Assembly (NCBI GenBank): GCA_016932385.1
Contig: JAFGCY010000011.1
Location: 20,267 to 84,266, forward strand
DNA length: 64,000 bases
Source: a bacterium
GTDB lineage: Bacteria; 4484-113; JAFGCY01
Reading direction: 5' to 3'
The notes below the pieces were generated by a model. It saw only the letters and a list, made by a program, of their open reading frames with translations. It had not been told where the DNA came from and did no database searches. Numbering within the stretch: position 1 is the stretch's first letter; every line of letters starts with the position of its first letter. The position numbers and the translations under genes were made by a program. Below are positions 1 to 9,791 of the stretch, piece after piece.

Positions 1-29
1 CTGGACGGGGTTCACCAGCGCTGAACGCG

Positions 30-485
30 ATGGCAGCACGCGTCGAGAACCGTTATCGGTCAATTGGAAATATAGGAGCCGGAAAGCGAATGAGCCGAGA
101 CTATCTGTATGGGGATGCCAAGGCGACAGCCAAGTCGGGCGAGGCTGGGCGCAAGGAACGGGCGCTGAGCGCGGCCAAGCTGGCGTATGAACAGGACCCG
201 ACTCCCCAGAATCAGGCGAAGTTAGCCTCCGCGTTGTTTGAGATTGGCAAGTTCAACGAAGCTGAAAAAATGATGACGGACGTTCTCGATAAGATCAGCA
301 ATGACCTTAAGCTGCTCAGCGACCTCGGCTTTACATATAAGAACCTCAAGCAATTCGACAAAGCCAAGGAAATCTTCCTGCGCATCGTCGCCATCGATCC
401 CAAGCATCCGCTGGCCCGTAGTGCGGAAAACGAGATCTGGGTGATGGATCCAACCTACAAGCCCAGTTGGCTGCGCCGCGACTAG
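30..485 (+). CDS. TPR-like repeat protein (hypothetical)
   Basis: 151-aa ORF with helical A/L/K/E-rich repeat units (KLAYEQDP..NQAKLASALFEIGKFNEAEKMM..LGFTYKNLKQFDKAKEIFLRIVAIDPKHP). There is no in-frame stop between nt 3 and 30, so the N-terminus may lie outside the window. The ATG at 90 is an alternative start. Confidence 0.55.
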   Translation: MAARVENRYRSIGNIGAGKRMSRDYLYGDAKATAKSGEAGRKERALSAAKLAYEQDPTPQNQAKLASALFEIGKFNEAEKMMTDVLDKISNDLKLLSDLGFTYKNLKQFDKAKEIFLRIVAIDPKHPLARSAENEIWVMDPTYKPSWLRRD

Positions 486-514
486 TTATTACAGCGGCCG
501 CCGATCGACGCTGC

Positions 515-982
515 TTACTGCAAGCCGTGAAACAAGTCCGCGTGGGCCCGACAGGTCTCGCCGTCCGGCAGGATATGTTCCACTCCGATGTCATAGCGCA
601 GGATCGTCTGCGCAATCAGGTGGTGCCGATGGCTGGCCAGCGGGTTGGCCTGGCTCGATAGCAGGCAGCAGCAGCGCTCGCCGGCAAGCCCCATCAACTG
701 CTGGATGCCCTGGCGGTAGCGGGGCTCGGCCTCCTTGGCCAGATAATCGACCCGCCCGTCCTCGGTCAGCGGACCGAGCAGCGCGCCGAGCCAGAGGTAT
801 TCCCAGCCCTCGCGTCGTGCCAGATGCTCCAGCTGGTCGCGGTTGAACCAGGGGAAGTCATTGCAATAGGGGAAGCTGCGTACGTCCAGCAGCACCTCGA
901 TCTGATACGGGCGCAACAAGCGCAGGAACGCGTCCCAAGCCAGGTCGCTGTGGCCCACCGTGTATACCGTGTACTGAGGCAT
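515..982 (-). CDS. DUF488-family protein
   Basis: Start trimmed to the ATG at 982 (MPQYTVYTVGHS...). The layout TVGHS..F..LL....IEVLLDVRSFP...F.....L..L....G..YLWLG.LLG matches my recollection of DUF488 proteins. Confidence 0.65.
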   Translation of the reverse strand: MPQYTVYTVGHSDLAWDAFLRLLRPYQIEVLLDVRSFPYCNDFPWFNRDQLEHLARREGWEYLWLGALLGPLTEDGRVDYLAKEAEPRYRQGIQQLMGLAGERCCCLLSSQANPLASHRHHLIAQTILRYDIGVEHILPDGETCRAHADLFHGLQ

Positions 983-1022
983 GCGCGCAGGCGATTTTAG
1001 CAAATGGCCGGCTTGCAGCACA

Positions 1023-2678
1023 TCAGGGCCAGTCCGGCAGCTCGATGTGGATCCATTCCGCCCCGTCGGCGGCGTGCTCCGGCGCGATGCGGGTCACGAC
1101 CACCGGCCCGTACCGGAAACCATCGCCAGGCTGCTCGAAGGCGTCGCCGGTGGCCTCAAGGGATCCGAGCTGGGCCTGGAGTTCGGTGAATTCGGCCGCC
1201 AGATCTTCGGAACTCACGCCCAGGATTTCCGCGAACCAGACCGGTCGGACTTCCAAGAAGTCCAGATAGGTTTCATCGAGCAAATCCGCGACACACATGC
1301 TGCGCAAGGCGCCGGTTTCATTGACAACGTAATGCTGGCGCGTCGTGAACGGCGAGGTGTGATGAATCCCCACGGGATATTCCTGACGCAGAGCACCGAC
1401 GACATACCGGGCCACCAGCTGATTGCCCGGCTGTTCCACGGTCTCGCGCACCAGGTCTTCCAGCGCGCCCGTCCCCAGCTTATCCGGCAGCATTTGCGCA
1501 TTCCACGACGGAAATTCAGCGGCCGCATCCACGAAGAGCTGCTCGCCGGTCAGCAGGAAATAGTAAGTACCACCTTCGGCTTGCTCCGCCGTGTACCGGC
1601 GGCGCACCAGATTCACGCCGTCCAAGACCAGGTAGCTGAACTCCAGATCGAAGTTGTCATTGAGCGAGTCCAACGTCAGCGTCCGACCCTGGTTCGCCGC
1701 GAACAACGCGTCGAATTCACTGTCCAGCTCGGACGCAGTATGCCCCGCGTGCGCGGCGTACCACTCCGGTGTGAACACCAATTGGGCGAAAGCACCATCG
1801 TCGAAGGCCGCCAGGTAGCAGGCGGTCCTGGCATTCCACTGCAGGATACCGTAGGTATACATGACGGAATGGTTGTAGCCGCGCGGCTCCTCCTCGACCA
1901 GCGGCGCCTGCCAGGTGCTTTGCGTGAACTGGCTGAAATCGAACTGATCCAGCACGCCCCGCGCGCCCTGCTCCCGCAGCAGTCCGGCCAGTTCCGTGAA
2001 TGTGGCCGGCCGGTCCTCGGTTCCGAATTGCAGCAAGTCCGGGAAACGCAGGTTGCGCTCGACCACGTATTCGACCTGGGAAACCGGCAGCATCATCGCA
2101 AAGATGGTCCGGTCCTCGCCCAGTTCATCCCGCTCGAACAGCTTGGCGGTGAATTCCTCGGTACTGATCGTGTATGTATCTCCGACGACATTCCCGCTTG
2201 CGCCGACATTTTCTTCGACCGATCCCCCGTACTGCTGGTATTGCTCCATATACTCGGCACGCAGCTGGCTGACGGTTCGGCCGCTGACGGCGGCGTACCA
2301 GCCGAGGGTGAAGTCCACCTGGACCGGAGTATAGTCCGGCTGCATCCGCACCGCGCAGTAGTCCTCGATGCGCATATCCCAGTCGCCCCAATAGTAAGCT
2401 TGGCCCAGGCCGTACTTCAGCGGATACTCATAGGCAAAGCTATAAGCCTCACCGTGCGGCTTCTGCCAATCGATCCATTTCAACACGGGCACCCGCCCGT
2501 CGCCGGCGGTCACGATCGCGATCAGGTCACCGATCGTCTCATACCGGTCTGCTGCGGCGGAGCTGGCCGCCGGACCGTTGGTCTGATCGTCGCGCAACAC
2601 ACAGGACTGCCCGACGAGAACCACCAACCCCAGCAGATACGGCAATAACCTAATTGCGCCTAGCTTAATTTGTTCCAC
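1023..2678 (-). CDS. Secreted hypothetical protein with internal repeats
   Basis: 551-aa ORF with an N-terminal hydrophobic signal-like segment (LLPYLLGLVVLVGQSCVL). A module recurs three times (FTLGWYAAVSGRTVSQLRAEY / FTPEWYAAHAGHTASELDSEF / WFAEILGVSSEDLAAEFTE). Composition is protein-like, unlike the overlapping R/A/G-rich antisense ORF 981..2648. Confidence 0.7.
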   Translation of the reverse strand: MEQIKLGAIRLLPYLLGLVVLVGQSCVLRDDQTNGPAASSAAADRYETIGDLIAIVTAGDGRVPVLKWIDWQKPHGEAYSFAYEYPLKYGLGQAYYWGDWDMRIEDYCAVRMQPDYTPVQVDFTLGWYAAVSGRTVSQLRAEYMEQYQQYGGSVEENVGASGNVVGDTYTISTEEFTAKLFERDELGEDRTIFAMMLPVSQVEYVVERNLRFPDLLQFGTEDRPATFTELAGLLREQGARGVLDQFDFSQFTQSTWQAPLVEEEPRGYNHSVMYTYGILQWNARTACYLAAFDDGAFAQLVFTPEWYAAHAGHTASELDSEFDALFAANQGRTLTLDSLNDNFDLEFSYLVLDGVNLVRRRYTAEQAEGGTYYFLLTGEQLFVDAAAEFPSWNAQMLPDKLGTGALEDLVRETVEQPGNQLVARYVVGALRQEYPVGIHHTSPFTTRQHYVVNETGALRSMCVADLLDETYLDFLEVRPVWFAEILGVSSEDLAAEFTELQAQLGSLEATGDAFEQPGDGFRYGPVVVTRIAPEHAADGAEWIHIELPDWP

Positions 2679-2746
2679 GTAATGAGTTTACCCCTGGATG
2701 CGGCAAATCTTCGCCCGGACCGGTTAGGCCGACGGCCATCAGCCTG

Positions 2747-3382
2747 TCAGGCAAGTTCCGGCGCGATGATCTCCAGTGTGGCAAACCACTGCATCTCGGC
2801 AACCCGCTGGCCGGAGATCTCGCGCAGTTTGAGCTTATAACAACTGCAGTTCGACATCCGCATGAAGAAATGCTCCGGCGCCGGCCAACCGCACCACAGG
2901 CAGAGCAGCTGGTACAGGCTGCCACCATGGCTGACGGCGACGATGTCGTCAGCCTGGTGGTTTTCCGTCACGAAGGCAATGAACTCGCCGAGCCGCGTGC
3001 GCATCTCCTCGCGGCTTTCTCCGCCATAGGGGCTGAAATCACCACGTTGCGCCAAGCTTTGACCGCGCAAATCGGGATAGATCGCGGCCGCCTCATCCGG
3101 CGTACGGCCCTCCAGGTCGCCGAGCGCAAACTCGCGCAGTTCATCACGGATAACGGGCTCGTCAATACACAGGCCGGCGGCGATTTCCTCGGCGGTCATC
3201 TGGGCGCGCAGCAGCGGCGAAGTATAGACGGCCGCCGGCAGCACGCCGCGCTCGGCCAGCCAACTCCCCAACACCGCGGCCTGCTGGCAGCCCAGATTCG
3301 ACAGCGGGTAGTCGCGCGTGCCCTGGTAAACACCCTGTGCGTTGCCCTCACTTTGCCCATGCCGTATCAGATATATTGACAT
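2747..3382 (-). CDS. Histidine phosphatase (phosphoglycerate mutase-like) family protein
   Basis: The RHG motif sits at the N-terminus (MSIYLIRHGQSEGN) when the start is placed at the ATG at 3382. A second catalytic His lies in the context VAVSHGGS. Confidence 0.85.
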   Translation of the reverse strand: MSIYLIRHGQSEGNAQGVYQGTRDYPLSNLGCQQAAVLGSWLAERGVLPAAVYTSPLLRAQMTAEEIAAGLCIDEPVIRDELREFALGDLEGRTPDEAAAIYPDLRGQSLAQRGDFSPYGGESREEMRTRLGEFIAFVTENHQADDIVAVSHGGSLYQLLCLWCGWPAPEHFFMRMSNCSCYKLKLREISGQRVAEMQWFATLEIIAPELA

Positions 3383-3417
3383 TGTCTCGAGCGGCCTGCC
3401 GGGCCGTGCGGTCAAAA

Positions 3418-4242
3418 TTAGCCGTAAGGCAATTCCAGTGGAATGATCTGAGCGTTAGCGGCCTTCATGTAGGTGGCCACCAGGGCCGTGAAATGCCGGT
3501 ATTGCGGCCCCGGCTCGCTCAATAGGAAGTAGCCGTATTCGGCCGCGGCCTGAGCGAAATCACCCAGGCGGTGATGGCACAACCCGCTGTAAAAGTAGAA
3601 CAACGCATTGCGATCGTCTTCGGGGTACAAGCGCCGATAGCGGTCGAACAGCTGCAGTGCCGCCGCGTAATCCTTCAAATTGCACTGCGCGATGGCCATG
3701 TAATACAGCGCATCCTGGCCCGCCCGGGCTCGCGTATAACGGCGGTGGGTGGCGTCGAGGATAACAAGGGCTTGCCGATAGACCGTGCGTTCTTTTTCAT
3801 CATCGGTGCCCTTGAGGCTGAAAAAGGTCCGCGCACCTTTCAGAATCGCCAGGGCCCGCCCCAACTCGCGCGAGGATTCCGATTCAATCAGCTTGTCGCC
3901 GAAATTACCGGCAGCGGCCGCAGGCGGCGGCTTGGACTGGGGCTGGGCGCGGATAGGCTCATCGCGCAACAGCTCTTCGTGGATGGTAGGGGCCCGCCCG
4001 GCGGGACGGCGTGGATTGCGATAGGTGTAAATATTGAATTTCTTGAGCGCTGCGGAGTAGGCCTCGTTGATCCGCTGCATGTGCTGCGCGTATTGCTCGC
4101 GTTGATCGGGGACCTGCAAGTCCGGGTGGAACAGTTTGCACAATCGCCGGTAATGCTTGGTCAGCTCATCGACGGAGATCGCCGTCCTTAGCTTCCATAA
4201 CCCGCGCGCCAATTCACGCGACACCGGTTCCTCCACGAGCAC
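3418..4242 (-). CDS. J-domain (DnaJ-like) protein with C-terminal TPR-like region
   Basis: HPD tripeptide in a J-domain context (HYRRLCKLFHPDLQVPDQREQYAQHMQRINEAYSAL). The C-terminal half has TPR-like helices (YYMAIAQCNLKDYAAALQLFDRYRRLYPED..ALFYFYSGLCHHRLGDFAQAAAEY). Confidence 0.75.
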   Translation of the reverse strand: MLVEEPVSRELARGLWKLRTAISVDELTKHYRRLCKLFHPDLQVPDQREQYAQHMQRINEAYSAALKKFNIYTYRNPRRPAGRAPTIHEELLRDEPIRAQPQSKPPPAAAAGNFGDKLIESESSRELGRALAILKGARTFFSLKGTDDEKERTVYRQALVILDATHRRYTRARAGQDALYYMAIAQCNLKDYAAALQLFDRYRRLYPEDDRNALFYFYSGLCHHRLGDFAQAAAEYGYFLLSEPGPQYRHFTALVATYMKAANAQIIPLELPYG

Positions 4243-4314
4243 ACTACGTCCCTACCCGTCTCCGCAAGCGAATTATAGCATCGCAGCAGGCTGGACCGCG
4301 GCGCCGGGATTTTC

Positions 4315-5106
4315 TTAATCGAAGCTTATCGGATCGTCATTGCTGTCGCGCATGTCCATGATTTCCAGCACGAACGGCACGTCGGCCTGGCTGACGCTGG
4401 AGCTGGAGCCGCTCGGACTGAACTCGATCGAAGCCAACTCACCGGTGCCATTCACGCCGGCAACGTTACCCTTGCGCGTTATCGCCACGGGTACGAAGCC
4501 ATTCTGGTTCGTCATCGACAACTCGAGGATGTCCCCCGCGTCGCCCAGAAAGCCGCCGATGGCAACCGAGTCGGGGCTCCAAGCGCTGGTGAAACTCAGG
4601 CGAAACGCCACCTGGTACAGGTCGGTGACGTCGTGGGCGGTGATGGTGCAGGTCTTGCCGCCGCCGGCACCACTGGTCACGGACAGCGTGACCGGGCTGG
4701 CGCCGACCGTGATGTTCTGTGTCTTGATCGTTTCATCGACCTGGACCGTGATCGTCACACTGCCGGCGGTTGCCGGTGCGACCCAATAGACGGAATTGGC
4801 GGTCGTACTGACGGACGCCGCGCTGGCCCCCCGGGCTGTCTCGCGCAGCAACAGGGAGAAATCGGGCTGATCGGCGGTCAGACTGCCGGCGCTGACCGTC
4901 CAGTTTTTAACGAGCGAACTCACACTCTGGCCCGGCGCGCTGATGCTGGCCGATAGCGTGACAATGCTGCCGGCCGCGACCGTGGACGGATTCAGGTTGA
5001 TCGCCGTAATGGTTACGGGGTCAACCCCCCCGCCGCCTCCGCAGGCCGACAACGACGCTGCGATGACTGCAACTAACACCAGACCCAACTTGCTAATCAA
5101 GCGCAT
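4315..5106 (-). CDS. Lipoprotein with Ig-like and cohesin-like beta modules
   Basis: Signal peptide plus lipobox (LVAVIAASLSAC followed by GGGGG). The body is S/T/V-rich beta-strand sequence. The C-terminal module (YQVAFRLSF..VAIGGFLGD..GELASIEFS) resembles the C-termini of the 11006..12415 and 26963..28360 products. Confidence 0.65.
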   Translation of the reverse strand: MRLISKLGLVLVAVIAASLSACGGGGGVDPVTITAINLNPSTVAAGSIVTLSASISAPGQSVSSLVKNWTVSAGSLTADQPDFSLLLRETARGASAASVSTTANSVYWVAPATAGSVTITVQVDETIKTQNITVGASPVTLSVTSGAGGGKTCTITAHDVTDLYQVAFRLSFTSAWSPDSVAIGGFLGDAGDILELSMTNQNGFVPVAITRKGNVAGVNGTGELASIEFSPSGSSSSVSQADVPFVLEIMDMRDSNDDPISFD

Positions 5107-5191
5107 GGAAACCGCCTTCGCTATTCAGATCGCTAATTATTCTACCCCAACGGCGGGACAACGATCGGGACGCCGGGGCCAGATCGCGTGT

Positions 5192-5815
5192 TCAGAATGG
5201 CATGCTGCGATCGACGGGCGGCGGCTGGCCCTCATACCTGTCTTGATAGGTCACCTCATGCTGGCGCAGGCTGTCCAGACCACCCGGAATTCGCGAGATG
5301 TAATGCTTGTAGGTATCCCGGCCGCGGACATCTTCACTGGCTACCGCCAGGTCATGAAGCTCGACCAGGTAATCATAGGCTTCGTCAAACCGGGCCTGCT
5401 CCAGCAGGGCTTCGGCCTGGCCGTCGGTGAAATGCGGAAAGCCGCGCGAGCCCGCGGGCAATCCCATCTGCGGCTCGTACATCGTGCCGTGTTCCTTGTC
5501 CGCCGCCGCCAGGTAGCGCAATTTGTGAATATCGCTGGGCAGGCGCGGAATCTGCTCGCGCTCCTCACGTTCCAGATCGAACTTGAGCACCACGCTGTGC
5601 GGCACGCGCCGGCTCGTCTGCAGGCGCATGATGATGTAAAACGGCAGGGCCGGCGGAAACAGGAGGATCAAGACCGGCCAGATGCAACCCATACCGGCGC
5701 AACCCAGCTCGTAGCGTGTCATCGCGTCGTTGATCGCCCAGATTGCGCCGAATACATAGGCCAGCGCCACAAAGATGCTGATGTACAACCATACTGAGTC
5801 AGCACTGAATTGCAT
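5192..5815 (-). CDS. Membrane protein, hypothetical
   Basis: 207-aa ORF with two N-terminal hydrophobic helices (VWLYISIFVALAYVFGAIWAI; CIWPVLILLFPPALPFYIIM) and a soluble acidic C-terminal half. No family recognised. Confidence 0.55.
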   Translation of the reverse strand: MQFSADSVWLYISIFVALAYVFGAIWAINDAMTRYELGCAGMGCIWPVLILLFPPALPFYIIMRLQTSRRVPHSVVLKFDLEREEREQIPRLPSDIHKLRYLAAADKEHGTMYEPQMGLPAGSRGFPHFTDGQAEALLEQARFDEAYDYLVELHDLAVASEDVRGRDTYKHYISRIPGGLDSLRQHEVTYQDRYEGQPPPVDRSMPF

Positions 5816-5935
5816 GACTTGCTGAAAGAAGGCTGTTAATTCACTGCGAGAATATCATCAGCAAACGCAACCCGGCAATCTTCCGGCGAGTCGCAATAAG
5901 GTAAGATGAATAGACCTCAGGACAAGGACAGATCG

Positions 5936-6334
5936 ATGCGATTCCTGTTGCTAGTATTGGCCGCGGGCACTGCCGTCTGGCTGGCCGGTTGCAGCTCCAC
6001 CGGGGGCATTTGGGAAACGCCGGTGTTCAACCTGAAAATCGGAGAAATGACGGTACCCGCGGGCCCGCTGGTCAGCGGCGATCCCGCCACCTTTACCGTC
6101 TCCTGGCGTGACGGGCGGTCGCCCTTCCAAGTCGAATGGACTTTCGAGGAGGGTACGCAGCCTAGTGAGTTGACGGCAACGGAACCCGGCCAGCAGCACT
6201 CCGCAGCGGTGACATTGCTGAACAATAACGCCGAGGCGACGCAGTTCTACGGCGTCGTCATTATCACGGATCAGGACCAGAGCGAAGTACGCGCCAATTT
6301 CAGCTTCACCGTCGAGCCGAACCCAGCCTCCTAG
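5936..6334 (+). CDS. Small lipoprotein with a PKD/Ig-like domain
   Basis: Start placed at MRFLLLVLAAGTAVWLAGCSS (signal + lipobox Cys). One beta-rich domain follows (FTVSWRDGRSPFQVEWTF..YGVVIITDQDQSEV). Confidence 0.6.
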   Translation: MRFLLLVLAAGTAVWLAGCSSTGGIWETPVFNLKIGEMTVPAGPLVSGDPATFTVSWRDGRSPFQVEWTFEEGTQPSELTATEPGQQHSAAVTLLNNNAEATQFYGVVIITDQDQSEVRANFSFTVEPNPAS

Positions 6335-6436
6335 CTAATGGTTAAGTGTGCGCGGGGCTGTGCAGCTGCTTCACAGGCTGTATAATTATCCGGGGCCGAT
6401 TGGGGTCTTAGAGGCATACCACTAAGGTGAATTACC

Positions 6437-7591
6437 ATGGAACATGTTAACGATGTCTTGAACGTCATGATGCGCAAAGGCGCGTCGGACTGCCACTTTG
6501 GCGTGGGGCGTCCGCCCTTCCTGCGCATCGACGGCGATCTGATGCCGACCGATTTCGAGATCCTCACCGAGGAAGAAATGGAGCGCATCGCCAAGCAGCT
6601 GCTCACGCCTAAACGCGAGTACCGCTTGGAAGAAGAGAACGAGATCGACTTCGCCTATCAGCTGGTTACGCCGGACGGCAAGCGCGGTCGTTTCCGCGTT
6701 AACATCTTTCGCCAGAAGGGTACCGTCGCCGCGGCCCTGCGTTTGGTTAGCGACGTTATCCCCAGCTTCGAAGAACTGAACCTGCCGCTGATCCTCGAGG
6801 AGCTCAGCCTCGAGCGGCGCGGCATCATCATGATCACCGGCACCACCGGTTCCGGTAAGTCGACCACGCTCGCTTCGATGATCGACTACGTCAACAACCG
6901 CCGCCCGGTGCACATCCTGACGGTGGAAGACCCGATCGAGTACGTGCTCTACGACAAGGAAGCGATCATCAACCAGCGTGAGCTGGGCGTCGACACGAAC
7001 GCCTTCATGGACGCGATCCGCGGCGCGATGCGTGAGGACCCGGACATCATCCTGGTCGGCGAGATGCGCGACCGCGAGACGGTTAACGCCACCTTCCAGG
7101 CCGCGCTGACGGGCCACCTGGTCCTGACCACCCTGCACACCCTGGACGTGGTGCAGACGATCAGCCGAATCATCGACTTCTATCCCGACGTCATGCAGAA
7201 GCAGGCGCGGATTATGCTCTCCGAGACGATCAAGGCGATCATCTCGATGCGCCTCTTACCGATGGTCGGCGGCGGCCGCCTGCCGGCGATGGAGATCATG
7301 AAGACGACCGGCCGAATCCGCGAGTTCATCGAGGACGCCGAGAAGACCGAGCTGATCAAGCTGGCGATGGAGGAAGGCGAGGACGAAGGCATGATCACCT
7401 TCGACCGCTACCTGCTCAAGCTGTACAAGGAAGGGCGGATCACCTACGAAACAGCGCTGGCCGCCGCGACGAGCCCGCACGACTTCCGCCTGCTGGAGCA
7501 GAAGGAAACCGACTTCTCCGACAAGGTCATGCACCGCGTCGAGCAGTACGGCCACGGTTCTCCGACGGAAGGACTCGGCGGCGGGCTGTAA
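6437..7591 (+). CDS. pilT: Type IV pilus retraction ATPase PilT/PilU family
   Basis: Walker A GTTGSGKSTT, Asp box ILTVEDPIE, Walker B DIILVGEMRD, His box TGHLVLTTLHT. Length is 384 aa. An AAGGTGA Shine-Dalgarno lies upstream of the ATG. Confidence 0.9.
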   Translation: MEHVNDVLNVMMRKGASDCHFGVGRPPFLRIDGDLMPTDFEILTEEEMERIAKQLLTPKREYRLEEENEIDFAYQLVTPDGKRGRFRVNIFRQKGTVAAALRLVSDVIPSFEELNLPLILEELSLERRGIIMITGTTGSGKSTTLASMIDYVNNRRPVHILTVEDPIEYVLYDKEAIINQRELGVDTNAFMDAIRGAMREDPDIILVGEMRDRETVNATFQAALTGHLVLTTLHTLDVVQTISRIIDFYPDVMQKQARIMLSETIKAIISMRLLPMVGGGRLPAMEIMKTTGRIREFIEDAEKTELIKLAMEEGEDEGMITFDRYLLKLYKEGRITYETALAAATSPHDFRLLEQKETDFSDKVMHRVEQYGHGSPTEGLGGGL

Positions 7592-7614
7592 GCCTGTACC
7601 ATTAACTGCCAACG

Positions 7615-7645
7615 AAAAGGGCCGCATACCGCGGCCCTTTGTTTT
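7615..7645. terminator. Bidirectional rho-independent terminator between convergent genes
   Basis: Stem GGGCCGC (7619-7625) pairs with GCGGCCC (7631-7637) around a 5-nt loop. It is flanked by AAAA upstream and TTTGTTTT downstream. Confidence 0.7.
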
Positions 7646-7662
7646 AATTACTGAAGTTAAGC

Positions 7663-8433
7663 TTACTTCTCTTCCACCGTGGTTTTAGAAACTCGCGGCC
7701 ATGGGGTTTTACGCTGGTGGCAGTTGGTCGCGACTAACTTGTCGATCAGCGTCGTGCCAGGTTCCTCTCCGAAGATGATAACGTGCCAGACCGATGGAAG
7801 CTGGTCCGGTGAAGCGACATAGCTGTGATACCTCTCGATGATCAACTCCTCATCGACAACCGGCTCGATGAAGAAACCACCTGGATGCCACTCGGAGTCA
7901 TCGAAACTCTCGAAGAACTTGCCGGTGACTGGATTAACGGCGTAGTACAGGTAGTGGTATTGTTCAGCAGCATCCATGCCACAGATCCTCTCGAAGCCTT
8001 CGACTGTCATGGCCCATGGTACCAACTCAACGCCATGTGATGGTAGGTGCCCGTTGTTAGTGTAATAGCTGGAAACATGGCCAATGGTTTCAGCAATAAA
8101 CCTTCGTCCATCTGGGGGCGTAAACGTCATACCAAGAAGGCGAGCTTCTCCTTCAGTTAACTCAGGTTTCAGAATGCTTGAAGGCAACCAGGAGCTGTAC
8201 AGCTCTCCTTCCTCTGAGTATGGCGATATATAATCGCACTGGGAGATTCCTTCACTGAGATCCATGCTCACTAATAACTCAATCTCCGCGGCACCAAGTT
8301 CGGTTGAACAACATGTCGACAGATAAACAACCTCACTGGAAGTCTTCGCAATTGCGTTTGACATGTTACAGCTGTTGGCTAAAATGCAGACAACAATAAA
8401 AACTGCTAAACAGCTCAAATCTAATCTCATCAC
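7663..8433 (-). CDS. Secreted hypothetical protein (low-GC islet)
   Basis: 256-aa ORF with an N-terminal hydrophobic signal (LSCLAVFIVVCILANSC). Local GC is ~42-45% against ~65-70% in the flanks. No family recognised. Confidence 0.6.
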   Translation of the reverse strand: MMRLDLSCLAVFIVVCILANSCNMSNAIAKTSSEVVYLSTCCSTELGAAEIELLVSMDLSEGISQCDYISPYSEEGELYSSWLPSSILKPELTEGEARLLGMTFTPPDGRRFIAETIGHVSSYYTNNGHLPSHGVELVPWAMTVEGFERICGMDAAEQYHYLYYAVNPVTGKFFESFDDSEWHPGGFFIEPVVDEELIIERYHSYVASPDQLPSVWHVIIFGEEPGTTLIDKLVATNCHQRKTPWPRVSKTTVEEK

Positions 8434-8475
8434 TATCCTCCACGATGATCTTGCTAGAATCGAAGCATAATCCGC

Positions 8476-8865
8476 TTACTCTTCGTTTAGACCTCGGCAT
8501 TCCATGCAGGCTGGCACAAATACTTGCTCTTGTACAACTTCACATGACATATTGCCTTCAACGCACGTACAATAGTACGTGAATACAACCATGTCCTGCC
8601 ATGTACCGTACAATTCACCTCCTACATAAATGTTTTCCTCCCCCTCCAGGCATACGCTCTCAGGAGCGCGGGTCAGCTTAAGTCCTGAATAAGCACAATC
8701 CCATCCTGGGTTCTCTGGGCATGGGCACCCACCACCGCTTACTGGAATTGCCGCGAACGAGGGTAACGTATAGGTTTCACATGGACCACAGTCATCAGCG
8801 TATGCAGGGCTGGAAACAACAGCAAAGAAAACCACTAGAACAGCGAACATATAATATTTGAACAT
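8476..8865 (-). CDS. Small Cys-rich secreted protein (low-GC islet)
   Basis: 129-aa ORF with a signal peptide ending AYA-DD. Many Cys residues lie in CxxC/CxC contexts (DCGPCE, GGCPCPE, YYCTCVEGNMSCE, PACMECRG). Confidence 0.6.
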   Translation of the reverse strand: MFKYYMFAVLVVFFAVVSSPAYADDCGPCETYTLPSFAAIPVSGGGCPCPENPGWDCAYSGLKLTRAPESVCLEGEENIYVGGELYGTWQDMVVFTYYCTCVEGNMSCEVVQEQVFVPACMECRGLNEE

Positions 8866-8921
8866 TAAATACCCCCTGGTACAAAAGATATGCAGATTCT
8901 ACCCCCTTCCGCTTAAAAAAG

Positions 8922-9791
8922 TCAAGGTGTTGCAATTATACTGTCATTATCAAGGCGAGAACTTTGCATTGATCCAATTTGTAATAATAACATTGCCACT
9001 AGCAGCGATAGAAGAACGATCGACGTCATCACGCTGCCTTCGGGGCCGAACAGGCCGCCGCTGATAACTCCGGCTCGGGCGCCACTGATACCGAGGTCGA
9101 CCAGGGGCCGGTTGAGCATGATCCCGCTGACCGGCAGGCCCAGCGTGGCCAGGCCCGCGTTCCAGATCCAGTGCCAGCCCCAGGCGCCGATGGGCGTCCC
9201 CTGCATCCAGCAGAGCTGCCCGAGCACCAGCCCGGCCAGCGCCACGTTCACCGCGGCGAACGGCGTCACCGCCGGGTTGCGCAGATGCACCACCGCGAAG
9301 CCGATGGAGACAACCAGGTTGGCGGCCAGGCCGGATGCCAGCCACAGCCTCAGGTGCCAGCGCGCCTGCCGCGCCGGGTCGGACGGCAACAAAACGAACC
9401 GTGCCAGCCAGAAAATCAGCACGGCCAGCAGCACCATGCCGATCGCGCGAAACAGCAATTCCTCGCATAGCGATTGCACGGTCAGCATGCCCCAGACCTG
9501 CCAGCCGTCCGGTGGCTGCCCGCGATAGGAAAAGGGCTGCCAGCCCGGCCCGACCGCATAACCGCCGGCGACCGCGATCAGACCGACAACCGTCAACACG
9601 CAGGCCAGGCCCAGCCCAAAGCCACCGGCGAACTGCAGGTGCACAGGCCGGTACAACGTGCGCGGCGCGGTCTCCAGCCTGCTGAACACCACGCGGCGCA
9701 ACAGCCGCCAAGTCAGCCAGGCAAGGGGGATCAGTACGATGTCGGCCAACAGATAGGTATTCAGCAAACTTAGCGTTTGCTCGACGTTCAC
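8922..9791 (-). CDS. CPBP-family intramembrane metalloprotease (CAAX protease-like)
   Basis: Multi-pass membrane protein with the EExxxR motif (SLCEELLFRAIGM) and FxxxH motif (GFAVVHL). It overlaps the upstream GT4 gene by 4 nt. Confidence 0.8.
   Translation of the reverse strand: MNVEQTLSLLNTYLLADIVLIPLAWLTWRLLRRVVFSRLETAPRTLYRPVHLQFAGGFGLGLACVLTVVGLIAVAGGYAVGPGWQPFSYRGQPPDGWQVWGMLTVQSLCEELLFRAIGMVLLAVLIFWLARFVLLPSDPARQARWHLRLWLASGLAANLVVSIGFAVVHLRNPAVTPFAAVNVALAGLVLGQLCWMQGTPIGAWGWHWIWNAGLATLGLPVSGIMLNRPLVDLGISGARAGVISGGLFGPEGSVMTSIVLLSLLVAMLLLQIGSMQSSRLDNDSIIATP

Noticed and set aside
981-2648. 555-aa plus-strand ORF overlapping the 1023..2678 minus-strand gene.
   Set aside because: Its composition is extreme (R, A, G, H, P, V, Q-rich, few K/N/Y/W), typical of the antisense shadow frame of a high-GC gene. 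The opposite-strand product has a signal peptide, internal repeats and normal composition.
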